Of a stretch of 64,000 nucleotides of DNA, positions 46,901 to 55,707 are shown piece after piece. The DNA is taken from the NCBI GenBank assembly GCA_043822105.1, contig JBDRCD010000004.1:10410-74409 (forward strand), given 5' to 3'. Each line of letters begins with the position of its first letter. Within the stretch, counting starts at the first letter, position 1. A program made the translations under genes and the position numbers. The stretch is from an archaeon (GTDB lineage: Archaea; Nanobdellota; Nanobdellia; Woesearchaeales; GCA-2686295). The notes below the pieces were generated by a model. It was not told where the DNA came from. It saw only the letters and a list, made by a program, of their open reading frames with translations, and searched no databases.

Positions 46901-49900
46901 ACTCCTAATGATGAGCTTTTAGGTGGTCCATTGGATGATGGTTATGAGGAGTGTGATGGTACTGATGGTGTTGGTCTTCATGAATCATGTACTGCTGAAT
47001 GTACAATCACTGATTTGACTTATTGTGGAGATGGCATTAAGCAGAGTCCAAACGATTACAATGAGTTTGAGGAGTGTGATGGTACTGATGGTGTTGGTCC
47101 TCATCAAGAATGTAATGAGTTCTGCGAGTTAGAAGATTTGACTTATTGTGGTGATGATATTAAGCAGACTCCTAATGATGAGCTTTTAGGTGGTCCATTG
47201 GATGATGGTTATGAGGAGTGTGATGGTACTGATGGTGTTGGTACTCATCAGCAATGTGAACAGGACTGTACTTTAACAGACCTTCCATGGTGTGGTGACG
47301 GAGAAGTTAATCAAGGATGGGAGCTTTGTGATGAGAATGGAGACAACACAGATACTGCATGTGATCCTGGTTATAATGGTGAGTGTAGTTGGTGTGATTT
47401 AACTTGTCAACCTCATGAACTATTTGGTCCTTACTGTGGAGATGGTGTAAAAGATTCTCCATATGAAGAGTGTGATGGAACCGATGGAGTTGGTCTTCAT
47501 GAATCATGTACTGCTGAATGTACAATCACTGATTTGACTTATTGTGGAGATGGCATTAAGCAGAGTCCAAACGATTACAATGAGTTTGAGGAGTGTGATG
47601 GAACCGATGGTGTAGGTCCTCACCAAGAATGTAGTCAAGAGTGTACACTTGAAGATTTGAACTGGTGTGGAGATGGAATTGTTCAGAATCCAAACGACTA
47701 TGCAGAAACAGAACTTTGTGATGAGAATGGAGCAAATACTAATACTGCTTGTTCACCTGATTATGATTCAAGTTGTGATTGGTGTGATTTAGAATGTCAA
47801 CCTCACGAACTGTTTGGTCCTTACTGTGGAGATGGTGTAAAAGATTCTCCATACGAAGAGTGTGATGGAACCGATGGAGTTGGTTTACATCAGGAATGCA
47901 CACAAGAATGTACATTAGAAGATTTACCATGGTGTGGCGATGGAATTGTTAATCAACCATCAGAACTTTGCGATGAAAACGGAGCAAACACCGATACACC
48001 TTGCACACCTGGATATGAAAGCTCATGTGATTATTGTGACACAAGTTGTCAACCACATGAAGTTGAAGGCCCATACTGTGGAGATGGAATAGTTAACCAC
48101 GCTTCAGAACAATGTGACGATGGAAACCTTGATGAATTTGATGGTTGCATGAGTAATTGTCGAACAACAAATTTTGAATGTCAAGGAATTGACATTGTTG
48201 CAGATGGAGTTGGAATGAATACTCAACCACAAACACTGACTCAAACAGTTTCAGGAGAACCAATACTTGGTTTGCTTTACTGGAGCTATAGAGGTAATGG
48301 AGATGATACAATAACTGTTGATGGAACTTCAAGAACAGGCCTACTGACTGGAACACCTTTAGTAACTTCAATTTGGTGGGCTGAGACATATACTTATGTA
48401 AATGACTTCACAGATGAAGTTTCACAAGGCAGCAACTCATGGACTATGAGTGGAATGAACTCAGCTTCAGAACAAACACCTGAAGCAGCAGCATTACTAA
48501 CTGTATATGAAGATGAAGAAGTCCTAAATATTGTTCAGATAAAATCACACAATGATTTCTACTATGTTGGACTTCCTGATACACTCAACGCAGATGATTC
48601 AGATGTTGTAACATTTGAATTTGAAGCAGGAGATAAAGATAGAAATACAAAAGTAATTCTTGTTGTAGGAGATGCAGCTGAATTTGATTGGGATGGAACG
48701 CCAAGAACCGATAAGATATGGTATAAAACTGGAACAGGAGTTCCTCCAACAAATGTGATTGGAGAAAATCTTTTGGCTGAAAACCAGTTAAAATCCGCAG
48801 ATGGAAAAGAAGCAGATACTTACGAAGGTCAGATTGTAATTCCAGAAGGACACACTTACTTGGCAATACAAATTGAAAGTCCGGAACCTCCAGTTGAAGG
48901 AGATAGTGGAATACTAATGGCAACAGCAATTGCCATTGATTGTATGCCTGATCCATTCTGTGGAGATGGAAAAATAAATGGTGATCCAATAGTTCCACCG
49001 GTTCCAGAACCAGTTTGTGGTAATGGAATAAAAGAGAAAGGCGAACTATGTGATGATGGCAATTTAATCAACGGAGATGGTTGCAGTTCTCAATGTAGAG
49101 ATGAACAACAGCCAATACTTCCAGGAGATGAATGTGCTCAAGCAGCAGGATATAACGATGGTGGAAGAAACCATGGAGTAAAAGGATCAATTTGTGTTTC
49201 AAATTGTGATAACCCTGATTGGAGAGTAGATTTCATGACTGATTACTGTGTCAGTTCAAAGGTTCTATATGAAACCAATTGTGAAGATGGTAAAATAGTT
49301 AACTATGAACTCAACTGCGGACCTGGAATTTGTCAGGCAGGAAGATGTGTATCAACAACACCTCCACCGCCACCTCCAGAACCAGTTCCAACAGAGGAGT
49401 GTGATGATGGAGAGTTGAATGGAGTAGAATGCAATCCTGAGTATGATAGCTTTTGCACATTTTGTACAGATGAATGTAAGCTAGAAAACATAACAGGAGG
49501 ATTCTGTGGTGATGGAATCTGGCAACCAATAGATGAAGAATGCGAAGGAACTAATGGAGTTCCAGAAGGTTACCTATGTACAACCGAATGTACATTAACA
49601 GATGATCCATGCTACGGACCTGAAATCTGTGATGGCATTGATAACACCTGCGATGGACTAATTGATGAAAACGATGTCTGCGGAGTTTGTACTCCAGGAG
49701 AAACTCAAGAACAATTCTGTAGAACAGATGTTGGAGAATGCCAATCAGGAACCAAAACAAGAGATTGTATAAACAATGGTTTTGATGGTGGAATCTGGGA
49801 TTCATGGAGTGTCTGTACAGGATTTGTAGGACCAACGACAGAAACATGTGATGGTCTTGACAATAACTGTGATGGCTTCACAGATGAAGGATTTGACGTT

Positions 49901-51613
49901 GGAGATTCATGCAGCGTTGGAGTAGGACAGTGTATGAACACAGGAAACAAAGTATGTACTCAAGATGGTCTTGGAACAGAATGTAACGCAGTTCCATTTG
50001 AACCAAACCAAGAGATGTGTGATGGTTTGGATAACGACTGCAACACAGTTATTGACAACGGATTTGACGTCGGAGCAAGCTGTACATCAGATGAAAACTT
50101 TTGTGGAGATACAAGTCAAGGAACAAAAGTTTGTTCAACATTTTTCTCAACAACATGTGATGCAACGGTTCCAGAAGAAAGACCTGAATGGAATAAAGTA
50201 TGCTACTCAGAAGCTAACTCTTGTGGGGATACTGACATAGGTCTGACTGATTGCGACGGAGTATGCAACGCAATACAACCAGGTGAAAGACCTGGATATG
50301 GAGATTCATGCAATGTTGGAATTGGTGAATGTTATGCAGAAGGATATAACATCTGTGCTTCAGAAGGAGTAATGTGTGATGCAGTCGAAGGAACACCAAG
50401 TACAGAATGGTGTAATGGACTCGATGATAACTGTAATGGTGAAATCGATGAAGGAGATGTTTGCGGAGATGAATGTAACTTAGGAGACACCCAGACAAGA
50501 GCTTGCGGAAGTGATATAGGTATATGTGAGTTCGGAAGAGAAACCCAAGAATGCGAAGACAATGGTCTTGGCGGAACCGAATGGGGAGAATGGGGTTCTT
50601 GTGAAGGTGGCATATCGCCAACAACAGAAATCTGCGATGGACTAGACAACAATTGTAACGACGCAATCGATGAAGATCTTACAAGACCAACAACTTGTGG
50701 AGTTGGAATCTGCGAAGGAAATACCGGCGAAGAAACATGTACTCTAGGAAACTGGGGTGACGATACATGCGATCCATTCGAAGGTTCACAAACAGAATAC
50801 TGTAACGGAGTTGATGATAGCTGTAATGGATTCATAGACGAAGATAATGTCTGCGGAGTATGTGAAGAAGGAGAGACAAACATACAATCCTGTGGATTGG
50901 AAGTAGGTCTTTGTCAACCAGGAACCAAGAGTCAAGTCTGTCAAGACAACGGATTTGGTGGTGGACTATGGGGTCCATGGGGAGAATGCATAGGATACAT
51001 TGGTCCAGTCGACGAAATCTGTGACGGATTTGACAATGACTGTGATTTACTGGTTGATGAAGGAATGGTCTGTGTAGTCTGTGGAGACGGAGACATTGAT
51101 TATCCATACGAAGAATGTGATGACGGAAACACAGAAAACGGAGATGGTTGTTCTGCAACCTGTAGAATTGAAGCAGTTCCTCAATGTTCAGACGGCATAG
51201 ACAATGATGGTGACGGAAAAATTGACTATCCTGATGATTCGGGATGTGACAGTTACAATGATGACAGAGAATACTCAGTAAATGAATTCAATGCAGAACT
51301 TAAAATAGTAAAGATAGATGCATTTGGATATGACTACTTTGCAGGATATGCTGGTGGTGATATGTTGGTTGGAGTGACCATTGAAAACATTGGTGAAAAA
51401 GATGCCAATGATGTTGAGGTTGGAGTTATACTTCCTGAACTAGGTTTCAAAACAGACATAGCAGAAATAGATATTGACAATGGTGAAAAGAGAACCATGT
51501 GGTTCTATCTAAGAATACCAAAATCAGCTGATCCGGGAGTGTACTATCTAGGAATCTACGCTGGAAACGACGATGTCAGAAGAACCAAGTATGTCGAAAT
51601 CAGAATAATTTAA
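43934..51613 (+). CDS. giant (2559 aa) secreted Cys-rich surface protein with tandem 38-aa repeats, MopE-like CxGxDxDCDG repeats and a CARDB-like C-terminus
   Basis: N-terminal signal/TM segment. About 25 tandem copies of ...CGDDIKQTPNDE..CDGTDGVG.HQEC...C.L.DLTYCGD. About 8 copies of E.C(D/N)G.D(D/N).C(D/N)G..DEG. A terminal beta-rich domain (VGVTIENIGEKDANDVEV). The track start is a TTG; the GTG at 43952, preceded by GGGGGA, is more plausible. Confidence 0.8.
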   Translation: MFGGTKVNNSNLVKNISFAIIAVILLTISVMSATAVSCVNDDTGPSIMHGYGFISDGENYTFNFDIEDDCNPIQAAEMFIKYSLNNTVFTCDTPGTGMAMDAEDGVFDEIRENTVREVSYFYDQSGWYAHCFQAQDSEDNWGTCICSPNEYDGFPPTIENININPAFNNGYFSFTADAVDDYSGIRAAEYFISHDSNFQCPERTYNSGIGTPLNVSDGNWWNQTEEVYANDVEYLVDGSNLLCIRAQDDFGHHGVGKWGECTCATFETDSKPPIVILSLVNGGHPEEELVCDDDPTVFATICDSESPIPEAEYFLDLWLPPSQEIPLPGTGYQMTLVNEYMQLGTGWYCSDFTADIPLEDLEDGTHYLNQIRGMDAFGNWGKIYFQNFNYSFIKDTTPPSTDKDIVFGGDRNVPCQISEAMGETITNGCYYVQEGTEIFLTAEDPDPQGTNEFAGDVLINYIIWWSEDGQIGWEILEEGQSNVDEPVSFTLDEPSYHLIEYWAEDGCDEEETHHFELDIVHLTWCGDGEVQSPNTYGEYEECDGLAGVGSHQECTQECTLVNLTYCGDDIKQSPNDEGTFGPNNDGYEECDGTDGVGLHQECLETCELINLTWCGDNETQYPNDYGEFELCDENGDNTDTACDPGYNGECSWCDLTCQPHNETGPFCGDDIKNGPEECDGTDGVGLHQECSEVCTLVDLTFCGDETKQTPNDELLGGPLDDGYEDCDFLDGVGAHQVCEENCTLTDLTWCGDGIKQNPNDEGIGGPFNDGNEECDGTDGVGDHEECSETCEIIPLTYCGDDIKQQPNDEGTGGPFDDGMEECDGLAGVGPHQECDDNCELVNLTYCGDGIIQDPNDDGQSEECDGTAGVGPHQECSEVCTLEDMTYCGDDIKQTPNDELLGGPLDDGYEECDGTDGVGAHQQCEDDCSLTDLTFCGDEVKQYPNDELLGGPLNDGYEDCDFLDGVGPHQECEDNCTLTDLTYCGDDIKQTPNDELLGGPLDDGYEECDGTDGVGLHESCTAECTITDLTYCGDGIKQSPNDYNEFEECDGTDGVGPHQECNEFCELEDLTYCGDDIKQTPNDELLGGPLDDGYEECDGTDGVGTHQQCEQDCTLTDLPWCGDGEVNQGWELCDENGDNTDTACDPGYNGECSWCDLTCQPHELFGPYCGDGVKDSPYEECDGTDGVGLHESCTAECTITDLTYCGDGIKQSPNDYNEFEECDGTDGVGPHQECSQECTLEDLNWCGDGIVQNPNDYAETELCDENGANTNTACSPDYDSSCDWCDLECQPHELFGPYCGDGVKDSPYEECDGTDGVGLHQECTQECTLEDLPWCGDGIVNQPSELCDENGANTDTPCTPGYESSCDYCDTSCQPHEVEGPYCGDGIVNHASEQCDDGNLDEFDGCMSNCRTTNFECQGIDIVADGVGMNTQPQTLTQTVSGEPILGLLYWSYRGNGDDTITVDGTSRTGLLTGTPLVTSIWWAETYTYVNDFTDEVSQGSNSWTMSGMNSASEQTPEAAALLTVYEDEEVLNIVQIKSHNDFYYVGLPDTLNADDSDVVTFEFEAGDKDRNTKVILVVGDAAEFDWDGTPRTDKIWYKTGTGVPPTNVIGENLLAENQLKSADGKEADTYEGQIVIPEGHTYLAIQIESPEPPVEGDSGILMATAIAIDCMPDPFCGDGKINGDPIVPPVPEPVCGNGIKEKGELCDDGNLINGDGCSSQCRDEQQPILPGDECAQAAGYNDGGRNHGVKGSICVSNCDNPDWRVDFMTDYCVSSKVLYETNCEDGKIVNYELNCGPGICQAGRCVSTTPPPPPPEPVPTEECDDGELNGVECNPEYDSFCTFCTDECKLENITGGFCGDGIWQPIDEECEGTNGVPEGYLCTTECTLTDDPCYGPEICDGIDNTCDGLIDENDVCGVCTPGETQEQFCRTDVGECQSGTKTRDCINNGFDGGIWDSWSVCTGFVGPTTETCDGLDNNCDGFTDEGFDVGDSCSVGVGQCMNTGNKVCTQDGLGTECNAVPFEPNQEMCDGLDNDCNTVIDNGFDVGASCTSDENFCGDTSQGTKVCSTFFSTTCDATVPEERPEWNKVCYSEANSCGDTDIGLTDCDGVCNAIQPGERPGYGDSCNVGIGECYAEGYNICASEGVMCDAVEGTPSTEWCNGLDDNCNGEIDEGDVCGDECNLGDTQTRACGSDIGICEFGRETQECEDNGLGGTEWGEWGSCEGGISPTTEICDGLDNNCNDAIDEDLTRPTTCGVGICEGNTGEETCTLGNWGDDTCDPFEGSQTEYCNGVDDSCNGFIDEDNVCGVCEEGETNIQSCGLEVGLCQPGTKSQVCQDNGFGGGLWGPWGECIGYIGPVDEICDGFDNDCDLLVDEGMVCVVCGDGDIDYPYEECDDGNTENGDGCSATCRIEAVPQCSDGIDNDGDGKIDYPDDSGCDSYNDDREYSVNEFNAELKIVKIDAFGYDYFAGYAGGDMLVGVTIENIGEKDANDVEVGVILPELGFKTDIAEIDIDNGEKRTMWFYLRIPKSADPGVYYLGIYAGNDDVRRTKYVEIRII
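45490..48130 (+). repeat. in-frame tandem repeat array (~114-nt unit, ~23-25 copies, several >95% identical at the DNA level)
   Basis: Identical stretches of more than 100 nt recur, for example 46860-46990 versus 47150-47250, and 46970-47110 versus 47490-47640. Confidence 0.8.
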
Positions 51614-51675
51614 ATTAATTTTTTTAATCTTTTTTCTACTATTTTTTAATTGTATAAGAATATAATGTATTATCT

Positions 51676-52275
51676 CTACTTGCTTGCGTCAGCTTGTCTT
51701 TCAAGTTCCAATTTCTTTGCGATTGCGTTTGAATTCTGGCTTGACTGGTACGCAGCAATTATTTCATCTGCCAAGCATTGTTCTGCTGACTTCTTAGAAT
51801 TTGATGTTTTTTGAAACGCGCCCTGAGTCATCATTTTAAGGACCACGTCGATTCTTCTCTGAGGAGAACATTCAACAGCCTTTGGATATCTTGCTCCACC
51901 GTATTCAATGGCAACGATTTCCTCCCTTGGAGCTGCGTTTTCAATTGCTTTGACAAAAACCTCAATTGGATTCTTGTTAAGCTTTTTTTCAATTATCGTG
52001 AATGTTTTTTCGACCAGGTCATAGGCTGTGCTTGATTTGCCGGTGCATGTACCGCTTGAAGTCTTATGCTTTTTTCCTTTGTGACCAGGAACCATTATTC
52101 TGTTAATTAATCTTTCAACTATGAATGATTTTGACTTGTGAAATCTGTTTCCGGCATATCTTGCTCCTGTTCTAGGAACTATGACTGGTTTTACATTAAT
52201 ATAGTTTATCAGTCCAGGATCTTCAACCTTTATTTGGTCGCAGTTCCACCTGTTAAATGCTTGTATATTACTCAT
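51676..52275 (-). CDS. rps7: 30S ribosomal protein uS7 (S5e)
   Basis: Archaeal/eukaryal uS7 signature regions (VIVPRTGARYAGNRFHK..., IAAY...) and 199-aa length. Confidence 0.9.
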   Translation of the reverse strand: MSNIQAFNRWNCDQIKVEDPGLINYINVKPVIVPRTGARYAGNRFHKSKSFIVERLINRIMVPGHKGKKHKTSSGTCTGKSSTAYDLVEKTFTIIEKKLNKNPIEVFVKAIENAAPREEIVAIEYGGARYPKAVECSPQRRIDVVLKMMTQGAFQKTSNSKKSAEQCLADEIIAAYQSSQNSNAIAKKLELERQADASK

Positions 52276-52379
52276 TCCTCATTGGAATTATAGTCTATTT
52301 ATAAAAGTTACGCTGCTGCATAAGGAGAATTTATAGAGTTGAACGAAAGAGTTATTAATATTCTTTATTTCCGTTTTAT

Positions 52380-54371
52380 ATGTCTACCACTATAGAGTCA
52401 AAATTTGCGAAATTAACACCACAAAACCAGTTTTCAACACTAATTAATCTAATGTCAGTTAAGAATCCAGTTATAAAGAATGAATTAGTAACAAACAAAA
52501 ATCTTGATGATATAATCTTTGGTTCTGAAATAAGAAGAATAGTAGTTTCCAAGATGCTTGGAAATGGAAACTTGTCTGCTAGCAAAATGTTGCTTCAAAG
52601 CCTTGATGAAAAGGTTCAATGGTATTCAAAAACTTTTGACAATGAAGAAATTATATCTCTATATGCTTTTTTTATTAACAATCTGGATGTTCAAGCATTT
52701 GAAAACACAGTTATTGAAACAGCAGAGAAAGAACAGAGTTACATCGAAAGGAGTTTGTATTCTAAAACTGATTTAAAATTAGAACACAAAATAATAAATT
52801 GGATTATTAATATGAACTATAGTGACAAAAATGAGATTGAAATTGGATTAGGAGAGAATAATCACAACGCTGCATTAATCATAGCGAACTCCAGATTTGG
52901 TTACAGAAGAAGTGAACGATATATATCAGAACCTCTTCTAACATTTCGTGGAAGTTCAGGATTTACTCTAGCAAGCATTATTGACAAAACATATTCTAAT
53001 CAAAACATGAAAGGAACTCTTCAGGTTCATGACCAGAATGTTTCTTTCCTGAATATAGATGATGTTGTTGAATTAAGTCCTTCTTTTGTTGCATTATCCC
53101 TTCCGGCAGATAATATTCTCAATTACTCTGCGATAATTATCAACGAACTAAAAAAGAGACTTCCTAAAACTCCTGTTATTGCAGGAGGCAAGATATTTGG
53201 TCCAGTAAAAAAACAAAACAAACCAGAAAATAGGCAATTTGAAGAAGTAGCAAAATACTTGCTCGAAACAACTCAGATTGATTCTATAGGTATTGGAAAC
53301 GCAGAAAACATACTTCCTGATTTCATAAAAGATGCTTTATCCGGGAAAACAAAGCAGATATACATTGGAAACGAACAGAATCCAATGCCACCTCTTCTAT
53401 ACAGCAAGAAGATTGGAACTTTAGGTATAAAACCTCCTTTGATAGTTTCAACAGGATGCAAACCCAACCCTTGTAGTTATTGTAGCAACGGAAAATTTTA
53501 TGGTGGATTTTCTCAAAAAAGTCTATCTACCATTGAAAGAGACATTCTTAGTTTACATGCTGAAGTAGAGTTGAACGGCAGAATATCTGTTTTTATTCCT
53601 GACGACAATCCCTGGTCGCCATTAATATCTTTAAAGAAAACTGGTGAAGGTACTTTTTGTGATAAAGAAGAAAGAATAAATAGAATTCTAAACCTTTTTA
53701 AGAAACATTCTGTTGAGTTCTATTCTTTTGTTGATGGAGCAGTTGCAAAAGACTTTGAACAAATGCAAAAGCTTCGAGATGGAGGTATGAAGGGAGTTAT
53801 TATTGGTATTGATTCAATATCCCCTGAAATTCTCAAATACTATAAAAAACAAGATAATATCTCTAATTATCAAACTATTGCAGATAATATGAATAAACTA
53901 GGAATATATTCTGTAGCAACTGTTGTGTTTGATCCTCGTCAGGATAACATTGAGACTGCAACCTTGACAGGAAGAACTCTCAAGGAGATGGGTTATGATT
54001 TCTTTGTTCCGTTTATAGCAACGCCTTTTTTTGGAACTAAGCTAAGTTTGGATTTGGAGGATGATTTGATTAACCCATTGTTATATGCTGAAAGAAAGAA
54101 TCTTTCTAATCAAATATTTAGAACAGAAAATAACAGCATGAAGTCATCTTCAGAAATGCTTTATGCTTCAAGAAAGGAGTTTTATTCTTCAGGTTTTCTT
54201 TGGTCACATCTGCGAAACATTGCCAGAAAAGAATTTCAGTTCAACAATTGGCAAAAAGAGAATGGCAGAGTTCCGAGAGGATATGTTGAAACTTTCAAAT
54301 CACTCGCTGTAAAAGCAGGCTTTTCTATAGCCTCAAGTTTTCCAGGTATGAAAGGAGTGCTGACTCAATAG
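52380..54371 (+). CDS. B12-binding-domain / radical-SAM-like protein with non-canonical CX4CX2C cluster motif
   Basis: Rossmann-like VALSLP...PVIAGG segment, then GCKPNPCSYC and an IGIDS (GIES-like) motif. An unassigned N-terminal region of about 200 aa precedes these. Confidence 0.5.
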   Translation: MSTTIESKFAKLTPQNQFSTLINLMSVKNPVIKNELVTNKNLDDIIFGSEIRRIVVSKMLGNGNLSASKMLLQSLDEKVQWYSKTFDNEEIISLYAFFINNLDVQAFENTVIETAEKEQSYIERSLYSKTDLKLEHKIINWIINMNYSDKNEIEIGLGENNHNAALIIANSRFGYRRSERYISEPLLTFRGSSGFTLASIIDKTYSNQNMKGTLQVHDQNVSFLNIDDVVELSPSFVALSLPADNILNYSAIIINELKKRLPKTPVIAGGKIFGPVKKQNKPENRQFEEVAKYLLETTQIDSIGIGNAENILPDFIKDALSGKTKQIYIGNEQNPMPPLLYSKKIGTLGIKPPLIVSTGCKPNPCSYCSNGKFYGGFSQKSLSTIERDILSLHAEVELNGRISVFIPDDNPWSPLISLKKTGEGTFCDKEERINRILNLFKKHSVEFYSFVDGAVAKDFEQMQKLRDGGMKGVIIGIDSISPEILKYYKKQDNISNYQTIADNMNKLGIYSVATVVFDPRQDNIETATLTGRTLKEMGYDFFVPFIATPFFGTKLSLDLEDDLINPLLYAERKNLSNQIFRTENNSMKSSSEMLYASRKEFYSSGFLWSHLRNIARKEFQFNNWQKENGRVPRGYVETFKSLAVKAGFSIASSFPGMKGVLTQ

Positions 54372-54424
54372 ATGTTCTTTTCACCCCGCAATCTTTATAA
54401 AACCTGTATGTTTCCAGAGAACTA

Positions 54425-55654
54425 ATGGCGAAAAAAGACGAATTAAAACCTGAAGTCAACATCGGACTGGTTGGACACGTAGATCATGGAAAGACGACTC
54501 TTACTGAACAGTTGTCAGGTAAATGGACTGATACTCATTCTGAAGAAATAAAAAGAGGAATAACCATCAGACTTGGTTACGCTGATACTGTATTTGTAAA
54601 AACAAAGAAAGGGGAATATTTAACTGAAGAAAAAGCAAAGAAAGAAAAAAAAGATTATACAGTTCTAAGAAAAGTTTCATTTGTTGACGCGCCGGGACAC
54701 GAGAGTCTCATGGCAACAATGCTTTCAGGAGCAAGGATAATGGATGGTGCAATACTTCTAATCGCGGGAAATGAAGTATGTCCACAGCCGCAAACAAGAG
54801 AGCACCTGATGGGTTTGCAGATTGCAGGCATAAAAAATGTTGTGATAGTTCAGAACAAGATTGATTTGGTCACTGAAGACAGAGCCCTTAGAAACTATAA
54901 ACAGATAAAAGATTTTTTGAAAGGAACAATCTATGAAGATGCGCCAATAATTCCAATAAGTGCACAAAAAGGCGTTAACATTTCATTTCTAATAGAAGCT
55001 CTGGAAAAAACAATTCCAACTCCGAAAAGAGATTCCGGCAAAGAACCTCTAATGTTCATTGCAAGAAGCTTTGATATTAACAAACCCGGTTTCAAACCAA
55101 ATGATATGAAGGGAGGAATACTGGGAGGGGCATTGTTGCAGGGAAAGATAAAAAACGGTGATATAATTGAGATTAGGCCGGGAAGAATTACAGAAGAGCA
55201 GAACAAGACAGTTGCAAAACCAATCACTGCAAAAGTATTTTCTTGTATGACTGGAAGCAGGGCAGTTGATGAAATTGGACCTGGTGGATCTGTTGCTGTA
55301 ATGACAACTCTTGACCCGAGCATAGTCAGCTCAGACAAACTTGTTGGAAACCTGGTCGGTCTTAAAGATAAGCTTCCTCCAATATGGTATAACCTGACAC
55401 TTGAAACAGAACTTCTTGAAAAAGTCATTGGCAGTGAAAAAGAAGAAAAGGTTGAACCAATAAAAATGAACGAAATATTCATGCTTAATGTTAACAGCGC
55501 TGCAACGGTTGGATTTGTTGAAGACATTGCAAAAGACCAATTCAAATGCCGATTAAAAAAGCCAATATGTGCGGAAGTAGGCAGCAAAGTAACTATCAGC
55601 AGAAGAGTTGGAACAAGGTTCAGACTAATTGGGTTTGGAATAATTAAAGAATAA
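54425..55654 (+). CDS. eif2g: translation initiation factor aIF-2 gamma subunit
   Basis: G1 motif GHVDHGKTTL, DAPGH, NKID, and a zinc knuckle region. Confidence 0.9.
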   Translation: MAKKDELKPEVNIGLVGHVDHGKTTLTEQLSGKWTDTHSEEIKRGITIRLGYADTVFVKTKKGEYLTEEKAKKEKKDYTVLRKVSFVDAPGHESLMATMLSGARIMDGAILLIAGNEVCPQPQTREHLMGLQIAGIKNVVIVQNKIDLVTEDRALRNYKQIKDFLKGTIYEDAPIIPISAQKGVNISFLIEALEKTIPTPKRDSGKEPLMFIARSFDINKPGFKPNDMKGGILGGALLQGKIKNGDIIEIRPGRITEEQNKTVAKPITAKVFSCMTGSRAVDEIGPGGSVAVMTTLDPSIVSSDKLVGNLVGLKDKLPPIWYNLTLETELLEKVIGSEKEEKVEPIKMNEIFMLNVNSAATVGFVEDIAKDQFKCRLKKPICAEVGSKVTISRRVGTRFRLIGFGIIKE

Positions 55655-55707
55655 TAGTTTTCTAGACGACGCAAAGATATATAAATAAGATTTAGTTTCT
55701 AGATTTT

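Noticed and set aside
45490-48130. A possible CRISPR array, considered because of regularly spaced near-identical DNA repeats
   Set aside because: The repeats are about 114 nt, in-frame and translate to a conserved Cys-rich protein repeat. There are no short unique spacers and no cas genes. It is a coding tandem repeat, not CRISPR.
43934-51613. Sixteen minus-strand and alternate-frame ORFs of 60-183 aa inside the giant gene (for example 46172-46552, 48585-48998, 50214-50666, 50332-50883)
   Set aside because: They are His/Leu/Gln-rich or Ser/Pro-rich translations of the antisense or shifted frames of a long, repetitive, codon-biased gene. They have no independent starts or RBS context. They are artefacts of the repeat periodicity.
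54758-55674. Minus-strand ORFs antisense to the aIF-2 gamma gene (247 aa and 69 aa)
   Set aside because: aIF-2 gamma is unambiguous (GHVDHGKTT, DAPGH, NKID). The antisense frame is an open frame by chance in an AT-rich gene.
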